Shown here: piece after piece, positions 53,471 through 64,000 of the stretch
Layout of the letters: each line of letters opens with the position of its first letter
How positions within the stretch are numbered: the stretch's first letter is position 1
NCBI GenBank assembly: GCA_028023455.1
Contig: JAQFVV010000004.1
Location: 25,978,001 to 26,042,000, forward strand
From: Epiperipatus broadwayi
Taxonomy: Eukaryota > Animalia > Onychophora
Direction of reading: 5' to 3'
DNA: 64,000 nucleotides
Made by a program: the position numbers and the translations under genes
Notes under the pieces: model-generated
Told to the model about the DNA's origin: nothing
Seen by the model: the letters and a program-made list of their open reading frames with translations, nothing else
The model's database searches: none

Positions 53471-53690
53471 CAAAATAACAGCTTTATATGCAGCTACTGC
53501 AGTAGTTATTCCCCATATGATAAAATGCTTGATCTTTTAACTTCTTAAAAGCAGCACCAGCTAATTGCAATTTGTATTGAATCTTAATGTCTAAGTCCAT
53601 CCTTCTATTTATAAGACTGCCAAAGTATTTAAACTGGTTTACCTTTTCAAGTTGATAACTGTCATATCTCACCTTGTTTTCAGAAGTAGA
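53471..53690 (-). mobile_element. RTE family B, upstream part of the element split by Tx1-like copy 3
   Basis: ORF 53484..53672 LEKVNQFKYFGSLI...AGAAFKKL; continues through the TSD (YKAVIL) into 47777. Confidence 0.82.
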
Positions 53691-54845
53691 CAGGACTAGA
53701 TTCCTTCCTTATCTGATTGGATTATGCATTCATTTCCACTAGCCAATGAGCAAACAGATAGATAAAAATCAGCCAATGGTTAGTATGGGTCAATAGGCAG
53801 TGATGCTCTCTGAATCTGAATGCTTCAAGTGAAATTGAAGAGCTGTCAATAAATAGCCTTTTTTGGAGGTAAGGCAGAGAACATTTGTCTGACCTAAGCA
53901 ATGGTACACATTCTCCTTTGAAACCTCTGTTAGCACCTCTGCTAACAGTGAGCATTTCCCTTAGAGCCATTACACTATCAATCTATGCCGTGAGGTAAGT
54001 CTATGATAGAACTGGAAATTGCTAAGACCAGAGCTGACTCAAGACAAGCTGTCCGGTACTGTCAGAAGAGTTATTGGGCAAACTCATGAACCAGGCTGTT
54101 ACATACAGAAGTGAATCAAATCCTTTGGGCACAATCAGCCCTGCATTAATTGTGATTATATACATGACAGTATATTCATTGATTGTATATTATGCAAATA
54201 TATTTAATCCTAATAAATCATATTAATTAAACTTCAGGTGTTCATATTTTTTGTTACTGTTGGTTTGAATCTGGAATCCAGACCAAATACAACAGTAATC
54301 ATCCAAGCTGAGAGTCACTGAGAAGTTTTCTTTTATTACTGGCTGATAAAAAACTTAGTTTTTTGAACCCTAATTAATAAACCAAGATCTTTATGAAGTT
54401 GCATTTAAAACACTAAGAACACTCTGTGAATCATCTTTTGAACTCAAAAAATAGCATATTCATCAGTGTACTAAAAATACAGAATCCAAGAAAATTAAAT
54501 TCTTGTTTTTGCCTTTTAATTAATTCTAATAAAAAATCCACCATTAAACTTGTATTTTACTTTGATCCCTGTCTGATTAAACTGCCTATAAATAATTCCA
54601 AAGACTATTGTCAAAAAAAAATTGAAAACAAAGTTAGACCCATTAAACAATATTGTTTAACACCTTTATTTTAATGCCCTAGATATTATACTTATAGTAA
54701 TACTACTTTCTTTCATTCTATCATGTAAAAGCTGAACAATATGAATAAATTTTGGTGAACAACCAAGAAATTCCAAACAAAGTTATAGATTGTTTCCCTA
54801 AAGGTTTGTGATGATTGGTGGTTTAGTTGTACTTATATATTGGAT

Positions 54846-54925
54846 TAAATATAGCTCAGTTGGTTAGAGCATTACCTTAAAATTCAATACTCAAGAATTT
54901 AAGAGTAGGTTCAATCCCCATGCTA
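54846..54925 (+). other. tRNA-derived relic (tRNA-Ile(AAT)-like boxes), pseudogene or SINE head
   Basis: A-box TAGCTCAGTTGGTTAGAGC from 54852 and B-box GGTTCAATCCCC at 54908-54919; anticodon arm unrecognisable. Confidence 0.6.
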
Positions 54926-55109
54926 TTACTGTCACTGGCCAGACCAGAAACACTTGAAAAAGAGAAAATAATGCTTCTTGAAATGTTGTGCATATATTAA
55001 CATGTTTATGTGCTATTACTAACAGTTGAATGTATTTGGAATATTTAAATAAAGTTTAATTTTTCTTAATACTCATATTAGATGATTGAAATAGTCCAAT
55101 ATATAAATA

Positions 55110-55760
55110 CAAAGTCATGGACTTATTCTATTAATTGAATACAATGCCCAGACCCAATCAATAAAAGCAATATATGAATCATTTTTTTAATTGCTGATAC
55201 TTGCATTTACCTGGAAACAAAAATTATATTTATAGTGCTTCTTAAGTTTCAAAAACCATACTGTTGTCTCTGGTATCCATTCATATATAACTGGAAACAA
55301 TTGATTCAGCAATGTTTTTGAAAGTACTTTTGCTATAGTGGATAGTAATGACATTTCATGATAATTACCACAATCTTTCCTAATTACTTTGTTTTAAAAA
55401 TTGGAACAATTAAAGCATCTTTAAGATGGGATGGTACAACTTCATGGGTTCAGATATTCTGAAAAATTCCACTATTTTTGAAACTAATATATCACAATAG
55501 CATTTACTATTTAAATGATTGTATTGCATATTATTTATTATAACAGGATTGTATCTTTTACCCAATTAAAAGATTAATGATAAGCATTACCAGTTTCTAA
55601 ATCTATTGTGGCAATGTTATCCCAGCATCAATAATATTTTCTGCCAATCGTTTATTTACATAAATATGTCTCTATAAACATATCCAACTGATTACATATA
55701 AAACAAATATTGTCTAAAAGATCTAGGCTCTCTGGACATTCTCTCTGGACATTTTTAATT
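55110..55760 (-). mobile_element. RTE family B RT fragment
   Basis: Minus strand LKDALIVPIFK...DCGNY..SLLSTIAKVLSK...PETTVWF...AFID. Confidence 0.7.
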
Positions 55761-56629
55761 TATTGTGGGTTGATACAAAAATCACATAAGCATTGCTGTA
55801 GCTTGGAACACAAGAAAATCTATCATGATATTAAACTACTTAATTAGATAAATTAAACATAGGCTAAAGTTTAAATTCAGTCCAAGCAATAACAATGATA
55901 TGTGTCAAACTTCTCTCTCAAATAATGAATTCTATCAAACTGTAGAAATATAACTAAAAACAATTGATAAGATATTTGTTATATCATTATATATCATGCA
56001 ATGGCTTTTAATAACTTTCATTATATTCTATTTCATTACTCTAAGATATTTCTTTCTTCTTTCTCTCCATGATATGTCTGATCAATGTTTTAATTATAAC
56101 ATATTTAAAAAATTAATAATCAAATAAAATTTTTATAAAAATATCAATAATATTACACTTAACTGAGTATAAATCCACAGAACAAATATATAATTCATAT
56201 TAAAGTAAAATAAATTAGTGTTAAAAATAAGCAAATAATATCATAGCAGTAATCATAATTAAATAAATAAATATTAGTTTATAAAAATATGTTTTAAAAT
56301 TTTAACAGATGTGACATATATGTGAAACAGACTTACATAGTTTTTATATTAATGTAAGCTTACATCTATTTCAGTAATAAACTTCCAAATTTTAAAATAT
56401 TTAGTTTTAGCAATCTTATTACTGTTTGCTCTTTTTAAAATTTATTGATTGGCTGCTCTACTTTAAGGTCTCACTTATTATTCCAGACTATTATTCAATA
56501 CAGCTATTCCTTAGGTATAATTGTTAGTTGTCTTATATCAGGCTGGTCACAGATAATTAAGTTTATTTAGTCAATCTTTAATTGTCATTTCAGGCTGGTC
56601 ACAAATGTTTAAATCTATTTATTTTATTC

Positions 56630-57040
56630 TTAAGCTGGAAAATAATATTTTTAGATCATTCTCCAAGTTAGAATGGTCAGCATTGGTAAACTCTGTCTTT
56701 ATTACAATAATTCCATATTTTAATATTACCAATCAGTATAATTTTGGAGTGAATTAGCAACTGTCATTCAATCTGGACAAGGCAAAGAATTTTTAAATGT
56801 GACAGGCATCACATTTTTTGTGAGATCAGGGATGGATTTTGTAATTCCCTTTTTCTATGGAACAACATATGATGGCAGAAATGAACACACATTGTGGAGC
56901 AGCAAAATTTCATAGCAATACAAACACATACTTAGTTTAGTTTGCTGGATCATTTCATAGTTATTTTCTTACAGAATTGAAGGCATTCTTCTCCCACTGT
57001 CAAATATACAGGAAGCTGTGTTAAGTTTATTCCATAATGT
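56630..57040 (+). pseudogene. Possible retroviral-type integrase core relic
   Basis: Frameshifted DH(F)SKLEW at 56654 and VIQSGQGKEFLN at 56763 resemble the DxFSK and QSDxGxEF integrase motifs. Confidence 0.4.
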
Positions 57041-57196
57041 ACAAAGCATAGTTCACTCTGCTTACAAAATATGTTCTGAACTTACAAAAAAAAATCAAGT
57101 CAGATGTCACATGATCTAATTTAATAAGCTTGTATTACAAATGTTATATATAGAACTTGCAAATAAGCTCTTAACAAGTTTTGTAGAATATCCCCA

Positions 57197-57236
57197 ATCC
57201 CAGACCGGTTTCTGCTTCTGGAATCCCCAGTGAAGT
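57197..57236 (-). ncRNA. Type I hammerhead ribozyme motif, family D
   Basis: acttca CTGGGGA ttc cagaa gca GAAAC CG GTC tgggat; palindromic stem III ACCGGT, A6 changed to G. Confidence 0.6.
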
Positions 57237-57570
57237 GCTAGAATATTCAAGAATTAGATTAAAAATACCAGGATAAGCCTAGCATTTTATCTAATGTATG
57301 ACTATTAAGTAGAAAATCTAAAATTTTCAGATATCCATGTCTTTCAATCCAGCTATCTAATTTAAATAGTAATATGGGACTGAACTAAGTTTAGATACAC
57401 CATATATTAATAGATTTTGCAATATAAAATCTCCAGTCTTAATAGCAAAAAATAAAATTACAAAAAAATAAATCAAGTCAGATGTCACATGACCTAATTT
57501 AATAAATTTGTATTACAAATATTATATATAGATCGCAAATGAGCTCTTAACAAGCTTTGCAATATTCCCA

Positions 57571-57610
57571 ACCCCAGACTGGCTTCTGACACTGGCATCC
57601 TCAATGATGT
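57571..57610 (-). ncRNA. Type I hammerhead ribozyme motif, family D, decayed
   Basis: acatca TTGAGGA tgc cagtg tca GAAGC CA GTC tggggt. Confidence 0.5.
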
Positions 57611-57964
57611 GCTAGGATGTCTGGGGTTGGGAATATTTTGCAAAGCTTGTTAAGAGCTTATTTGCAAGCTCTATATATAATATTTATAAGGCAAGCTTAT
57701 TAAATTAGGTCATGTGATATCTGACTTGATTTTTTTTTGTAATTTTATTTGCTATTAAGACTTTGAAGATTTTATATTGCTAAAACTATTAATATATCAT
57801 GTATCTGAACTTAGTTCAGTCCCATATGGCTATTTAAGTTAAATATCTGGATTGGAAGACATATGAATGTCTGAAATTTTCAGATTTTCTACTTAATGGT
57901 TATACATTAGATAAAGTGCTGGGCATGTCCTGGTATTTGTAATCTAATGCTTGAATATCCTAGC

Positions 57965-58004
57965 ACCTCACTGAGAATGCCAGTAGCAGAAAACAGTCTA
58001 GAGT
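57965..58004 (+). ncRNA. Type I hammerhead ribozyme motif, family D
   Basis: acctca CTGAGAA tgc cagta gca GAAAA CA GTC tagagt; outer helix GAATATCC/GGATATTC. Confidence 0.6.
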
Positions 58005-58327
58005 TGGGGATATTCTGCAAAGCTTGTTAAGATCTTATTTGTGAACTCTATATATAACATTTATAATACAAGCTTATTAAATTAGGTCATGTGACATCTG
58101 ACTTGATTTTTTTTTTTTTTTTGTAATTTTATATTTTGCTATTAAGGCTTTGGCAATTTTATAATGCTAAAGCTATTAATATATGGTGTAGTTCAGTCTA
58201 ATATGGCTATTTAAGTTAGATAGCTGGATTAGAAGATGTGGATGTTTGAAAATTTCAGATTAGTTATACATTAGATAATGTGCTGGGCTATCCTGGTATT
58301 TTTAATCTAGTGCTTGAATATCACAGT

Positions 58328-58367
58328 ACCTCACTGAGGATGTCAGTAGCAGAAACCAGTCTGGGGT
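58328..58367 (+). ncRNA. Type I hammerhead ribozyme motif, family D, core intact
   Basis: ACCTCA CTGAGGA TGT CAGTA GCA GAAAC CA GTC TGGGGT. Confidence 0.75.
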
Positions 58368-59055
58368 TGGGGACATTCTGCAAAGCTTGTTATGAGCTTA
58401 TTTGCAAGCTCTATATATAATGTTCTGAACTTAAATCAATTATCACAGTCAATTTACAACTCATCACAACTACATTTTCAAAACATATTTTTTATATTGC
58501 TTAACATTTCAGTTGTCTACCGCCAAAATTACTATATCAATTAACCTTTAATGATATTTTTTTAATTTAAATCAAAAAATAGAGAAAATAAAATATAAAT
58601 ATTAGCATTTTTTGCCTTTTATAAATTTGGATTGACTTTGAAACAAATCATGTTTAATATTAATTTTAGTATTTTGGTATGTTTTTGTTTTACTTTTTAT
58701 ATTTAACAACTCTGCTGTGTTTCTTGTAAAATAAATAAAAATATGTGGTCTCAATCATTTATTTACAATCTTAAAAATCATTATATATGTTTGATAGGCA
58801 TTGCTTGGACATAGCACCTTTAGAATAAGTATACATAAGAAAGAAACAATGCACTACATTTACGAGAATAAATTATACAATCATTAATATAAATTGATTT
58901 ACGTCTATGGGAATCGATAACGATTTTAAACAAAAGGAGTTTAACTCAATGACCAGAATGTATTTATGAAATGAATCGTTATTTTAACACATCATTGTGA
59001 CTTACTAAGGTTAGACAGATGGTGATCAAATTAAGGAGCAGAATAACGATACTAG

Positions 59056-59289
59056 CATACAATAAAGAAATCCAGCCTTCATGGTGATTGTGGATATTTT
59101 ATCATTTTAAAAGAAATACTCGAAACAAACTTAGATTTGGTACATCCACACATTCTGGTGAATGGTACCGATGGAGAGGTAGGGTTTGGGAGCCCAGAGC
59201 TGGCTGTACAGTCATCCATAGCACATCAACCTCATAAACCTCACGTTCCACAGGGAGTAGCATACACTCCTGATTACGAACGATTTTGA
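59056..59289 (+). other. Candidate coding exon or retrocopy fragment, unidentified
   Basis: GC- and CpG-richer island with a 77-codon open frame ending ...PQGVAYTPDYERF* and AATAAA at 59368-59373. Weak splice acceptor; minus-strand frames are also open. Confidence 0.3.
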
Positions 59290-61153
59290 AAAAGTAGGAT
59301 GGGAGCGTCAGACTTCCGAAGTCCCCAATGATAAAGCAATCAAGAAATGGAAAAGATAAAATATCATAATAAAATAAAATGTATGCCAGCAACGTTATTG
59401 GACATGAATATAATCTTTATAATATAATTTTAATATATTATTTTAAAACTTGGAAATGGTCCAACCTCTTGCGCAATGACCTGTTTACAATCCTGAATCA
59501 TTTAACAAATTATAATGGATAATAACTCTTTTACTTATAACATTAAACTAGCAAAATTTATATTTAATTCCGATTCCCGTATATGCATTAATTGCTAGGA
59601 CTAGACTCAAGGCAACAGCAAGAAGGAATGATCCTAATTATAAAATTAGTGACCTTTTAAAATGAAATTCTAAAGACAAATTCAATGTACCAAATTTAGT
59701 ATCGTTCATCCACAGTAAAAGATTTTAAATAAACTCAAGAATTTAAAATGAAAGCAAACTGGCGAGCAATTTCTATTTTAAATAAACAAAACTTTATTGA
59801 TAGATTTTAAATGAAGCCCCCACTTCTTTCCAAATTAAACAATTATTTCCCCCCTTTTTCAGACTCGTGAGTTTGGTTATTATTGGCATATTAAAGAAAA
59901 TAAATTATATATATACATTAAACAAAATAAGTTAAATATCAATGGAGTCGCACAAAGCTATATAACCTAATTAAGCATGAAAAAGCATAGTTAGAACTAC
60001 ATAATATTTGTAAGGAATTACAGAGAGAGAGAGAGTTTAAAAAGCATAATTAATAAAAACTTATAAATTAATACCCAAATAAAATGTAAGATTTTCATTA
60101 TATCTTAGATACACAAATTACCTAAGGACTTCATATTTAAGGCAGTTCCACATAGAATGAGGTTACCTCAGAATAGCAGGCAGATGCAGTATAAGCAGTC
60201 AGCAATCAGACAGTCATCTTGTATGGCTGGTCAGATGAATGGAACATGATGGCATCAGGTAGACAATCTTATGAGAGACCTGGAGAAAAGTGCTTCTTTT
60301 TCTACTCAAAGTTCATAGCACTGTTGACTTCTTAAATGAGGGTCTGGAAACACTTCTGAAAATTTATTTTATTGAAAGACATCCTGAAAGAAAGACGTCC
60401 TGAAAGAATTTTCTAAGTAACTCAAAGTAATTGACTTTTTTTGTTCTATGGGCCCTTTTTATACACCTTTTAATCACACCAAGAATGCAATTTCAGTTTC
60501 CCACAACTATCCCAGTAATCTCTTGATTAAAAAAATATATATTTAATTAGTAAAATATTTAATTAGCAAAATTTTTTAAAACAGATAAGGCTCCAAATAC
60601 CATTTTAGATATTTTTAAAGATTTGCAAATGAACTAACAAAAGAATTCCTTATGATTTTAATTAAGATTTATAATTTTACTTAGTGAAAATAATCTGAAT
60701 CTAGATAAAAATCATTTCAGTATTTCGAGCCTTCCCCATTTTTCTTTGTTTTTACATTCCAACACTTTAATTAAAATACATATATATATAAAGATATTTA
60801 CAATTATATAAGAAAATGTCTAAATTTCAGCAATAAATGTTAATAAAATTATTGCTTTGTTCATATATATATATATATGCATCACGCACACTATTGTTTT
60901 ACTTTCTTAAATATTTTTAATTTTATTAATTTCTTGGATCATTATGCATACAGTGTGTGGATGAATGGCATATATCTACGGCAAGGTCTGAATTGCTGGC
61001 CCTGCATAAGGTTAGTATAGATGGTGAAGCATGAAGATCGATGATGATTAGACATTGACTGCTTCAATACAAGCATTCAAAAAAGCACATGCGAGAAGTT
61101 TCAACCTTTCAATTTAATAAGCAAGATGTTTAAACTTTGCGGGTAATTACTAC

Positions 61154-61419
61154 TGTATAAATATGATTGGGGTAACGACGCATGCACACACACAGCTGAA
61201 TTTTTAAAATTCTCTATATATTAAAATAATACAAAGTAATACAAAATAAATATGTATACGCTGAGCGCTTTCAAGGGACATAGCCCTCAAGATCATAGCT
61301 AGCTTGTAACTAACGAGTTACATGTACACATATTTATTTTGTATTGTTTTAATATATAGAGAATTTAAAAAATTCAGCTTTGTGTGTGCGTGCGTTGTTA
61401 GCGCAATCATATTTATACA
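61154..61419. repeat. MITE-like element, ~95-105-bp inverted arms
   Basis: 61154-61260 is the near reverse complement of 61324-61419. No TSD recognised. Confidence 0.82.
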
Positions 61420-62300
61420 ATCTATTACATATGCAATTAAATTTATACAGTATATATTACTTTTATAAAAGTTATATAAGATTATAAATATAGATTATAT
61501 AAGATTACTTTATTGATATCCTTGTTGTTAGATTACTTAGTCATGTTTTTGGTACAACAAATTTCCCTTTTACCTGCTGCATCGCTAGCTTTGCTGTTGT
61601 TAGATAGTTATTTTAAATTTTAAGAAAACTTGATTCTATTTAGCAGGTGACCTAAGAACCAAAATAAGAGTTAAGCTTTGCTAGCCAATATTATGTTTAA
61701 ATCATCTCTAGATAAATCTGTATTTCATTTAAAGAAAGTGTTGATAAGATGTTAAGAAAATAACAATCTCATTGTTATCATTGCTGTTAATTAATTAGAA
61801 GGTCCAAAATTATTTTTTAGATTACCATTGCAAAGTAAGTATTCTTTACAACTAAATTATTTACTATTTAATACCTTGAGGTTATCATTTATTATTATTG
61901 TTTATGGAGTGTAACTTATACTTATCAATCAAACATTCCTCTATCCACAACTTATAAATAATGTATTAATTAATGTGTGCTTAGACCATAAGGGAATTTA
62001 TTTACTTATTGTTCACTCAGTCCTATAAGAGGGCTTAACTTAGATTACATGTTTATTTGATGCCTTAGAAATCTTATACTAATCCAGACCTGTATTTAGA
62101 TATATTTTTACTTTATAGTTATTTGGTCATTTTTGGAAGGGTGCATTCCTGGATTTTGGCTTACCCAATGTGTTGGCTTTTCATCAGTCATAAGATACTG
62201 ATCGATTGCAGGTTACAATATATATATATATATATTGAGATTGCTCATTGTTATTGATATTGGTGTTATTTAAATGTTGACTGCATTCAATATATATATA

Positions 62301-62970
62301 TGACTTCCTAACAGATTGTTTTATTGCAAACTTGAACATCAGTTATGTATAAGAGGTAGATCCTATCTATGTTTCAAGGAATATCTCAAACTACATATGT
62401 GCAACAGATCCCATCTATGTTGCAAGTATTATCTCAAAGCCATTCTAAAGATGACCAATAGCAAGTGTTCCATTGGGAAGATATAGCAGAGAATAGAACA
62501 TATTGGAGAGCTACAATTAGACATGGTGCTGAAATATTTCAGAAAGATAAGTTTTCTGTCAGAAAAACTAAATGGCAATATTATGAAATCAAGTAAACAG
62601 AAAATTAGACCAGAAAGTTTTATGTGTGGATGTATAAATATGTGCAACAGATCCCATCTATGTTGCAAGTATTATCTCAAAGCCATTCTAAAGATGACCA
62701 ATAGCAAGTGTTCCATTGGGAAGATATAGCAGAGAATAGAACATATTGGAGAGCTACAATTAGACATGGTGCTGAAATATTTCAGAAAGATAAGTTTTCT
62801 GTCAGAAAAACTAAATGGCAACATTATGAAATCAAGTAAACAGAAAATTAGACCAGAAAGTTTTATGTGTGGATGTATTTGTGTTTCACAAATAGAATAC
62901 TCACTGCAAAACTCTTTTTTAAAGTAGTTCTCTTTGTTCTCTACCTTACTTTTTCATAGCTATTTATTAT
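62301..62970 (+). mobile_element. RTE family B 3' end carrying an internal 243-bp tandem duplication
   Basis: Homologous to the reverse complement of 47240-47560. 62395-62635 is repeated at 62638-62878 with one mismatch. Confidence 0.85.
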
Positions 62971-64000
62971 TACATATATATGTTATAATGATTAGAAGTG
63001 AGGACAACAAGTCTCATTATCCCCATTGAACAACTCCATTGAATAACACAATAAACATTATAGATATAGTCAGGGAACAAATATAAAAAGAGCATGAGCT
63101 ATTCTACTAATAAGGTATATCATCAACAAGAACAATCAGTAATCATGCTTTGTGACTTGATTTAAAAGAAATATATTATAATATCTGGACTAATTTTTTA
63201 GCCACTCAAATTTAAAGCAAAATATAATACATTTATCTGAATGCACATACTTACATGCTAAAATATCTATCATAAAAAATAATACTAAAACCTTGATTTA
63301 TGCTGATCATCATTAATTTGCTTACCACATGACTCCATGAGAGTATAGAGCAACTATAAACTATTTTTTAATCTGAAAATATAATGCAGTTAATTGACTT
63401 TAAAGGTGATCTTGATTTTTGTGCCATCTAGACCACAATCTGGATGTCCAAACAAACATATATCCCCACATATAAATATATTCACCACTATTGCTCTAAA
63501 GCTAGCTCAAGATCAAACTTAGATTATGTGACAGTAAACAAATGAAAATATAAATGTATACACTTAACTTAATTTATATTAAATAATTTTACTGAAATAA
63601 GTTACCAATTTCTTAAAGTATCATTCTATATTGAAATTAGATCACACACACTGCCAATTTATAGAACAGATATCTATTGAATAAAGACATTAACAACACT
63701 ATTATTATTTTTTCAACTATTTAATAAATTCAGAAAAGTTATGACTATGATAATTCCAAGTCTACTACATTTTTAATCAAAAAATATACTTTTATATAGC
63801 AAAACCTATTGATTCTTATTACTAAATTATTTAAAATTTACTTTGCTAAATCTGTAAACAACATTTCCCAAATAAAAGGTAAAAAACTTAAGATTGGCTA
63901 AAACCTTCTTTGCCTCTTTATGAAAATAGGAATGTCACATAGCCCTTTTTAAATTTTGGAAGGCAAATACAATAAATAAAAAAACATGTTTAACAAAAAA

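Larger units (their letters stand above)
57085..58419. mobile_element. Retrozyme-like family D multimer, 1335-bp head-to-head palindrome with perfect 14-bp TSD
   Basis: ATGTTCTGAACTTA at 57071-57084 and 58420-58433. Minus arm 57085-57621, plus arm 57619-58419. Unit period 363-378 bp; four HHR motifs. Confidence 0.9.

Noticed and set aside
53700-54150. CCAAT-rich block as a promoter or solo LTR (similar-looking block at 60140-60420)
   Set aside because: No paired LTR, TG..CA termini or TSD recognised.
62140-62195. Minus-strand CTGATGA as a hammerhead
   Set aside because: Spacing to a GAAA-like motif is wrong, and stems I and III cannot form.

Overview
AT-rich eukaryotic (probably invertebrate animal) DNA made mostly of transposable elements; no host gene can be called with confidence. 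It holds three different L1/Tx1-like non-LTR retrotransposons. One is 5'-inverted (1248-3102). One is near full length with a (TTA)n tail (~3103-8434). One is full length on the minus strand (47778-53470), bounded by a perfect 16-bp target-site duplication (TSD) and splitting an older RTE element. There are also at least eight decayed RTE-clade LINE segments from two families, tRNA-derived short elements, several hairpin (MITE-like) repeats and a possible integrase relic. The main result is a set of related non-coding repeats with 360-455-bp units. Each unit carries a type I hammerhead ribozyme (HHR) fold: core CTGANGA...GAAA, GTC cleavage triplet, extended stem I and a tiny, often palindromic stem III. 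About ten motif copies fall in six loci. They resemble non-LTR retrozymes. Five of the six loci are head-to-head palindromes with the ribozyme-sense arms pointing outward, and two have perfect 14-bp TSDs. This architecture fits twin-primed, LINE-mediated insertion of ribozyme-strand RNA. Most copies carry a non-canonical closing pair on stem II (U-A or A.A instead of G-C). All folds and alignments were read by eye and need computational and experimental confirmation.
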